Below are positions 57,498-64,000 of a stretch of 64,000 nt of DNA, piece after piece (within the stretch, counting starts at the first letter, position 1; the number at the start of each line of letters is the position of its first letter). The DNA lies in contig JBHGNT010000016.1 in assembly GCA_043228905.1 (NCBI GenBank), positions 18,662,001 through 18,726,000 of the forward strand, read 5' to 3'. The stretch comes from Azolla caroliniana (Eukaryota > Plantae > Polypodiophyta). The notes below the pieces were generated by a model that worked only from the letters and a program-made list of their open reading frames with translations, had not been told where the DNA came from and ran no database searches. The position numbers and the translations under genes were made by a program.

Positions 57498-60400
57498 ATG
57501 GCTCAGAATAACGACCCGATGCCCTCCGCTCAAGCGGAAAGAACTCAAGGAAATCCTCCTGGGACAATGTCCATTGAGGCGTATATTTTACAAGTACAAC
57601 ATTTCCTTAGTTCAACCGCGCAGCAGTTGACCGAATTTCGGCAATCTCAAAGTGCTCTCGAGGCACGAGTCATTAGTCTCCAAAATGAGATTAATAGACC
57701 TGATGAGCGTCAGGGTGAACCATCATTTGTCGTAAAGCCATTTACGGGAGATAAAAAGGAAAGAACCGAAGAAGCAATCTGCACGTGGCTGGGCCGATGG
57801 GAGTCTCATTTTGAGCTCTATCCCACGCCAGATAGTACGAAGATTGCATATGTCGGCCGAGAACTAGGGGGTAAGGCCGCCGCTTGGTGGCGTGGGCTCC
57901 GAACTTTGGGGAGATTGCCCAAGACCTGGACAGACTTTGTCACAGTTTTCAAGGGTCAATTTCTACAACCTCCCTCTCGAACCGAGGCAGCACAAGCTTT
58001 AATGAACCTCTCTAGCAGGAAGTTTTCCTCGCTAGAAGACTATGTCCACCATGCTAGAACCCAAATCCAAAAATCGGGTCTAGAAGGGGACAATTGGTTA
58101 ATAGCTTGTTTTGTCAATGGCATCCCCAATTCGGACTATCACTGGATAGTGCACGATAAGGATCCAAAATCCTTCGAAGAGGCCGTTGAGATAGTTCTTC
58201 GCTATCAACGCACTTCGAAGAAGGACCATAACAAACCCAACGAAGCGCCCGGGACTAAGCAGTCGCAATTCGCTGGGAAACGTAAGACACCCAACGAATT
58301 CATGGATCGCGATTATAAGCGACAACATCCTTTTTGCGTATTCTGCAAAAAGAAGGGTCATACAAAAGAGCAATGTCGTAAGCTCCAACGAAAAGAGCAC
58401 GACGCCAAACCTAAAGCTACAGACCATAAAGGTCAGATTCCTAATGTCCTTCAGGTCTATACACATCATTTGAGTAATTGTCAATGTTCTTTCCCTCATT
58501 ATGTATTGGGTCCCAATGATTTACTACGTGCAAACGGGTATATCAATGGATCTCCCGTACAATTTTTATTTGATTCGGGAAGCTCACACAATTTTGTGAA
58601 TGATTGTTTGGTACAGATATGGGGAATCCAACCCACCGTAAGTGATCACACCTACACGGTGCACTTGGCTGATGGAAGAGTACAACACATCAACGGGGCG
58701 ATTCATTCTTTAGGAATTTCTATTGATACCTATATAGAGGAAGTAGACTTCCATGTAATGAATCTTAGTACCACCGATGTAATACTGGGTTATCCCTGGT
58801 TTTATAATAAAAGCTCTTCTTTATTTATTGATTGGGTTCGCCATTCCATTTCTTTTGTACTCAACGATTGTACGCATTTTATTCAATGTGTAACAAAACA
58901 ATCCCTCTCGATTGTTTCCTCGTGTCCATCAATATCCGAGTTGTCTTGTTCTACGTTATTTTATTGTGTACTTGATCCGGACATTCACGTTTACAATATC
59001 GATAATGTCTCGGGTCAATTAACATATTTTGAACAAAAACAACTTGATGAAATCGTAAACGATTTTCGTGATGTTTTTCCGAGTGAACTACCTGATGGTT
59101 TACCTCCTAAACGTAATATAGACCATCGTATAGATATTGTACCTGGCATTGCACCCATTAGTATACCTCCGTATCGCCTAAGTCGATCTGAAGAGGATGA
59201 GGTAGCTAAGCAACTTAAGGACTATTTACGAATGGGTTATATACGTTATAGTAAATCTCCATGGGGTGCACCAGTTCTCTTGGTTAAAAAGAAAGAGGGC
59301 ACATGGCGTATGTGTATTAATTACCGACGCTTGAATAAAGTGACGATCAAGAATTCGTACCCATTGCCCCGGGCTGACGATCTAATTGACCGTCTCCAGG
59401 GAGCACGGTATTTTACGAAACTTGATCTCCGTACTGGCTACCATCAAATACGAATAAGTGAGGACGATGTTCCTAAAACAACATTTCGTACGCGCTACGG
59501 CCATTATGAGTTTTTGGTTATGCCTTTTGGTTTGACCAATGCTCCGGCTACATTTCAACAAGAAATGAATGACATTTTCCGAGAACAACTTGGAAAATTT
59601 GTCGTTATCTTCTTAGATGATATTTTAGTTTATAGCCGTACATTACAAGAACATGCTAGACATGTCCGCTTTGTTTTACAAATATTGCGTGACAAACAAT
59701 TTTACGCGAAGATCTCAAAATGTGAGTTCTTCAAGAAATCAATTACTTATCTTGGACATCTCATAACCGAACGAGGAGTTGAAATTGATCCTTCTCGCAT
59801 CGAGAAAATCAAGCTTTGGCCCACTCTTCGGAATATTCGAGAAGTTCGATCATTCCTTGGTTTTGTCAGATTTTTGCGAAAATCTCTTCGTAATTACTCA
59901 CAATTGACGACGCCGTTTACTGATCTTCTAAAAGGTCAAACGCGTAAGTCTACAAAACCTATTGTGTGGAATGCTACACTAGACCTCGCCTTTAAGGAAC
60001 TCAAGGACTTGGTATGCAAGGCTCCTTCACTTCTTTTACCCGATCCTTCAAAACCTTTTGAGGTTGAAACCGACGCAAGCGATTATGCTATAGGTGCTGT
60101 CTTGTATCAAGATGGTAAACCAATAGCATTCGAGAGTAAGAAACTTGATTCTTCTCAATGTCGGTATACCGTTCAAGAAAAGGAATTATTTGCGGTTATA
60201 CATGCGCTCAAAACATGGCGCCATTATCTTTATGGAAATCGCTTTGTGGTAACTACGGACCACGAGTCCTTGAAATATTTTTGTGACCAACAAGACCTGA
60301 AAGGTCGTAAGGCACGATGGGCTGATCTCATCCAGGACTTTGATTTTTCCATACGATATCGTAAAGGTTCCATGAATACTGTCGCTGATGCACTAAGTCG

Positions 60401-61931
60401 CATCCGTGAAGTTAACATGCTTAGCTTCACTGAAATAACATCAGATCTTTATGATCACCTTCGAGGAAAGTATCCTGATGACAATTATTTTGCAAAATAC
60501 TGGGCAAGAGTCGAGTCTGGAACAGACACCACCACACCCTCGAAGGAATACTTCCACATTGCTAACGGTCTGCTCTACCGTAATGGGAAGGTTTGTGTTC
60601 CAGATTTACCTGAGGTCAAAAAGAGAATTCTTTTTGAATGCCATGATGCACCCTCAGCAGGGCACCCTGGAATACATCGTACACTCGTTCTCATCTCCAC
60701 TCAATTTTATTGGCCTAAGATGCGTCCTGACATACATAGCTATGTGACTAAATGTCACCAATGTTAGGTTAACAAAGCCGAGCGACTTAAAGCCGCAGGA
60801 CTTTTACATCCCTTGGACATTCCCAATAATAAGTGGGAAAGTATATCCATGGATTTTATTGTTAGCCTTCCTCGCACCCAAAAAGGTCATGATGCCATAT
60901 GGGTTGTGGTTGACAGACTCACTAAAATGGCCAAATTTATTGCTACTAAAACCACGGTAACAGCTCCTGAATTGGCTTACCAATTCGTTGATGAGTTATT
61001 TCGTTTTTACGGGTTACCGATGGATATCGTGAGTGACCGAGATCCGAAGTTTACTAGTGACTTCTGGACGCAAGTCTTTAAGAAGTTAGAAACTACGTTG
61101 AGCATGAGCTCCACGGATCATCCTCAATCCGATGGACAGACAGAACGAGTAAATCAAATTATTGAGGACATGCTTCGAGCATACGTTGGTGCAAAACCAA
61201 CAAAATGGGAACGTTATCTCCCAATTTTGGAGTTTGCTTATAACAGCTCCAAGCATACGTCGACGGGATATAGTCCTTTTATGTTGATGTATGGATTATA
61301 GCCACGAGCCCCGATTGATGTTAATATACATCATGATGAGTTGCGAAGTACGCAAAACTTTCTTCGGGATATGCAAGATATGTTGCATATTGCACGGGAT
61401 AATATAAAAACAGCTCAAGATAGAGCGCGTTTTTATGCCGATCATCATAGGCAACCTCGTGTATTCAACCCTGGACAGAAGGTATTTTTACGTGTACCTC
61501 ACAATTCTAAGACATTGTCTACGGGTAAGTGCGCTAAGTTAGCCCCACGGTTTTGTGGACCTTTTACAGTCCTCAAACGCATTGGGTCATCAGCCTATCG
61601 TCTCGCTCTTCCCGATGGTGTCGGAATTCATCCAGTCTTTCATGTAAGTCGTCTAAAAGAACTTCTAGGTTCTGGCGACAATACAGTTACAACTGAAACT
61701 CTGGTTACTTCTGAAGATTTATCTTCTAAACCACATGTACCAGAAAGAATTCTCGATGTTAAAACAAAAAAATTACGTACTAAGGAAATCCGAGAATTTA
61801 AAATAAAATGGATGGATAAATCAATCAAAGATGCCACATGGGAACGCGAAACGACTCTAACAACTAACTTCCCTAACTTTCCATTGCAAGAGTGCAATGT
61901 TTTAAAGAGGGGGAGTATGTTACGGGCATGA
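57498..61931 (+). pseudogene. Element D gag-pol-chromodomain, one frame with two premature TAG stops (60765-60767, 61299-61301)
   Basis: Colinear and highly similar to the C polyprotein; both stops align with CAG (Gln) codons in C. Confidence 0.92.
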
Positions 61932-62286
61932 CCATATAATATCCCGTGGTGAGAATTGTCGTAGTATTCTATACACGTGGATAAGTGTGAGGGTTAAACA
62001 AAGAGTCTAAAGAAGGGGAGGATTACTTTTAATCCTCGGGATTGAGACAACCCATGAGGCCAAGTGTGAACATGGCTGGGGGCCTTGAGAATTACTATAA
62101 ATAAGAGGCCTAGCTACCCTCATTTCATCATGCATTGACTACGTCGAGACTCTGTCCGTGAGTGGAACGACTCTTGTAGCAAGCGCGCTATCATCCAGGT
62201 ACGACTCGACGCCAAGGCGGTGGTATGGGACGCCGATCGAGGCTCGAGTCCGTCTCGATCCCTTCGCTCGGGGGTGGTCGGGTGGA

Positions 62287-64000
62287 TCGCAAAAACCCCA
62301 CAAAACCAAGGAATGATCGAACTTCTCGAATATTCCGAAGAGTGGGCCAAAGCTTGATTTTCTCAATGCGAGAAGGATCAATTTCAACTCCTCGTTCGGT
62401 TATGAGATGTCCTAGATAAGTAATTGATTTCTTGAAGAACTCACATTTTGAGATCTTCGCATAAAACTGTTTGTCACGCAATGTTTGTAAAACAAAGCGG
62501 ACATGTCTAGCATGTTCTTGTAATGTACGGCTATATACTAAAATATCATCCAAGAAAATAACGACAAATTTTCCAAGTTGTTCTCGGAAAATGTCATTCA
62601 TTTCTTGTTGAAAAGTAGCCGGAGCATTAGTCAAACCAAAAGGCATAACCAAAAACTCGTAATGGCCATCGCGCGTACGAAATGCCGTTTTAGGAACATC
62701 GTCCTCACTTATTCGTATTTGATGGTAGCCAGTACGGAGATCAAGTTTCGTAAAATACCGAGCTCCCTGGAGACGGTCAATTAGATCGTCAGCCCGGGGC
62801 AATGGATACGAATTCTTGATCGTCACTTTATTCAAGCGTCGGTAATTAATACACATACGCCATGTGCCCTCTTTCTTTTTAACCAAGAGAACTGGTGCAC
62901 CCCATGGAGATTTACTATAACGTATATAACCCATTCGTAAATAGTCCTTGAGTTGCTTAGATACCTCATCTTCTTCGGATCGACTTAAGCGATACGGAGG
63001 TATACTTATTGGTGCAACACCAGGTACAATATCTATACGATGGTCTATATTACGTTTAGGAGGTAACCCATCAGGTAGTTCACTTGGAAAAACATCATGA
63101 AAATCATTTATGATTTCATCAGTTGTTGTTGTTCAAAATATGTTAATTGAATCGGGACATTATCGATATTGTAAACGTGAATGTCCGGATCAAGTACACA
63201 ATAAAATAACGTAGAACAAGACAACTCAGATATTGATGGACACGAGGAAACAATCGAGAGGGATTGTTTTTTTACACATTGAATAAAATGCGTACAATCG
63301 TTCAGTACAAAAGAAATGGAATGACGAACCCAATCAATAAATAAAGAAGAGTTTTTATTATAAAACCAGGGATAACCCAGTATTACATCGGTGGTACAAA
63401 GATTCATTACATGGAAGTCTACTTCCTCTATATAAGTATCAATAGACATTCCTAATGAATGAATCGCCCGTTGATGTATTGTACTCTTCCATCAGCCAAG
63501 TGCACCGTGTAGGTGTGATCACTTACGGTGGGTTGGATTCCCCATATCTGAACCAAACGATCATTCACAAAATTGTGTGAGCTTCCCGAATCAAATAAAA
63601 TTGTACGGGAGATCCATTGATATACCCGTTTGCACGTAGTAAATCATTGGGACCCAATACATAGTGAGGGAAAGAACATTGACAATTACTTAAATGATGT
63701 GTATAGACCTGAAGGACATTAGGAATCTGACCTTTATGGTCTGCAGCTTTAGCTTTGTTGTCGTGCTCTTTCTGTTGGAGCTTTCGACATTGATCTTTTG
63801 TATGACCCTTCTTTTTGCAGAATACACAAAAGGATGTTGTCGCTTACAATCGCGATCCAGGAATTCGTTGGGTGTCTTGCGTTTCCAACAAATTGCAACT
63901 GCTTAGTCCGGGCGCTTCGTTGGGTTTGTTATGGTCCTTCTTCGAAGTGCGTTGATAGCGAAGAACTATTTCAACGGCCTCTTCGAAGGATTTTGGATCC
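62287..64000 (-). mobile_element. Element E: inverted partial D-family copy (gag end, protease, RT), runs off the window
   Basis: Reverse complement of about 58160-59879 with scattered substitutions and small deletions. Confidence 0.92.

Larger units (their letters stand above)
55368..62289 (+). mobile_element. Element D: chromovirus related to C, 3' LTR truncated
   Basis: 5' LTR 55368-55832 (ends TA rather than CA), PBS TGGTATCAGAGC 55835-55846, PPT AAAGAGGGGGAGTA 61904-61917, 3' LTR 61918-62289 with about 3 differences from the 5' LTR. Confidence 0.93.

Noticed and set aside
62191-62934. Novel RT fusion protein on the minus strand
   Set aside because: The C-terminal tail is chance read-through into antisense LTR at the deletion junction.

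Overview
Eukaryotic land-plant nuclear DNA; the mix of retroelements suggests a non-seed plant such as a fern or lycophyte, which is inference only. A gene island holds a PUB8-like U-box/ARM E3 ligase (+, 31273-32469), a 20-exon LRR-VIII-1-type receptor kinase (+, 38537-48356) and Lhca3 (-, 51260-49454). Left of it is a nest of Ty3/gypsy elements. A degenerate non-chromovirus element A contains chromovirus B (623-7587, TSD TGAAC) and a young chromovirus C with an intact ORF (11119-18229, TSD TCTGA). B itself contains an RTE-like LINE 3' end and a solo LTR of family C. Next come an L1 split with one half inverted, a non-autonomous LTR element G, and tRNA-derived SINEs. Right of the island, a copia element is interrupted by chromovirus D (a relative of C), whose 3' LTR is fused to an inverted D-family copy E. 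The best candidate for an undescribed system is a ~160-nt multi-helix RNA structure shared by C and D. It shows compensatory base changes and lies inside an apparent 5'-leader intron with conserved splice sites, like a retroviral packaging signal. Element B also carries a Tf1-type self-priming site, a perfect heat-shock-element array and a -1 frameshift signal. All alignments and folds were done by eye.
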